Below, one piece after another: positions 63,136 through 64,000 of a stretch of DNA of 64,000 bases. The notes under the pieces were generated by a model, which was not told the origin of the DNA, made no database searches, and was given only the letters and a program-made list of their open reading frames with translations. The stretch comes from Chiloscyllium plagiosum. Lineage: Eukaryota. Both the position numbers and the translations under genes were made by a program. Within the stretch, counting starts at the first letter, position 1. Each line of letters begins with the position of its first letter. The stretch covers positions 45,302,423-45,366,422 of the forward strand of contig NC_057719.1 in the NCBI RefSeq assembly GCF_004010195.1, written 5' to 3'.

Positions 63136-64000
63136 CTGCCTTTTGCCTGGAAGACAAATGGCACAGGGTGTGCCTTTCACAATCGTGGAATACCTTCCTG
63201 GTTAACGTGCAAAGTGGCTTTGGCTCTTTTGATAGTCCCAAGACCTTCCTGAAAAACGTTTGGGTATTTAAGCAGGACTTCACTTAGGCAGCCATGTTCT
63301 AATCGAAAAAATGTTGAGCCAATCTAGGTGAATCTCTCTCAACCAATTTTGTCCCATCAAGCTTGGGCCCAAGCCTTTTGCTACAATCACAGGTAATTGA
63401 ACCAGATGCGTCTCATAAGAGATCGGAAACAAAGTTGTAACCTTAATTTGTAAAGGTCCCCTAGTATAGGTTCTCAGTCTAGCTGAGGTCTTGTCCAATC
63501 TTATGGGCTGTAGTTTAGAGCAAATTTGTTAAAGACTAGCTTTGCGATCACAGAATCGGCCGTGCCAGAATTGACATCCATCAGAACCAGATGATTATTT
63601 GGCCAGATGTTTGTTCTGTTTGGTTCTGATTTAGATGTTGTTAAGCAATTTAACTGTTCCAAACCAGATGTAGGTGGACTTTTCAGGGTGTGAGGTTTTC
63701 TGACTAGGCTGGCATGGTCTGGTGTCATGGCCTCCATTGCTGGTCCTGGGGGAATATGAAGTCCTGCCTGTGTAGACCCACACACAGCAGGACCTCTGGG
63801 TTACTGCCCACACAACAGAGCACTTATTTTCCCCTGTTTGCTGCAACCAGGGGGTAATGCAGGGCAGTTCCAGACTGACTACTTGTCTGGGTGCACAACA
63901 AGCTTTTAAAGATGGTACAGGCACAAAGGATCTAGTTGAATTCTGAGATATCTGTTAAGTGGCAAGTTGTTCTGGGATTAGTGTGTGGCAACATGGGATT

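Larger units (their letters stand above)
57120..64000 (-). mobile_element. Decayed Gypsy LTR retrotransposon with nested insertions (3' LTR about 57125-57340, PPT, integrase, RNase H, RT, protease)
   Basis: Protease VLMDVNSGTA and LRTYT..GPSLMGQNWL; RT TINTHKGLY; RNase H LEQEGLVVIFGIRNFHQYLYG..ANADALSCLP; integrase C-terminus GPTWVKG..GPVTY..NKHMDH at about 58340-58445; purine tract on minus next to the LTR; continuity across the gap is inferred. Confidence 0.75.

Overview
Vertebrate genomic DNA from a cartilaginous fish (shark), judged by its HE1-type V-SINEs, their HER1/CR1 partner LINEs and DeuSINE-like elements. The only host gene is nidogen-2 (NID2) on the minus strand. Coding exons 1-9 (17665 down to 7731; 2251 nt, about 750 codons, all GT-AG with consistent phases) encode the signal peptide, G1/NIDO domain, an acidic/Pro-Tyr linker, EGF, the G2 beta-barrel and the next EGF. 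The gene continues past the left edge. A TATA/CCAAT, CpG-rich promoter lies at about 17.7-17.9 kb. The ~46 kb upstream is almost entirely decayed, nested transposons: CR1 LINEs, a full-length L1, Tx1, Penelope-like elements (PLEs), Gypsy LTR elements, a Harbinger relic and SINEs. A decayed RTE lies in intron 9, and there is a 961-nt assembly gap. The most notable hidden structure is a set of minimal hammerhead-ribozyme cores (CTGANGA-stem-GAAA) in PLE termini. Some sit in short palindromic non-autonomous units, and the copy at 60252 looks intact. Hammerheads in PLEs are known in general, so I cannot show an entirely new system. Family names come from recognition, not database searches, and repeat boundaries are approximate.
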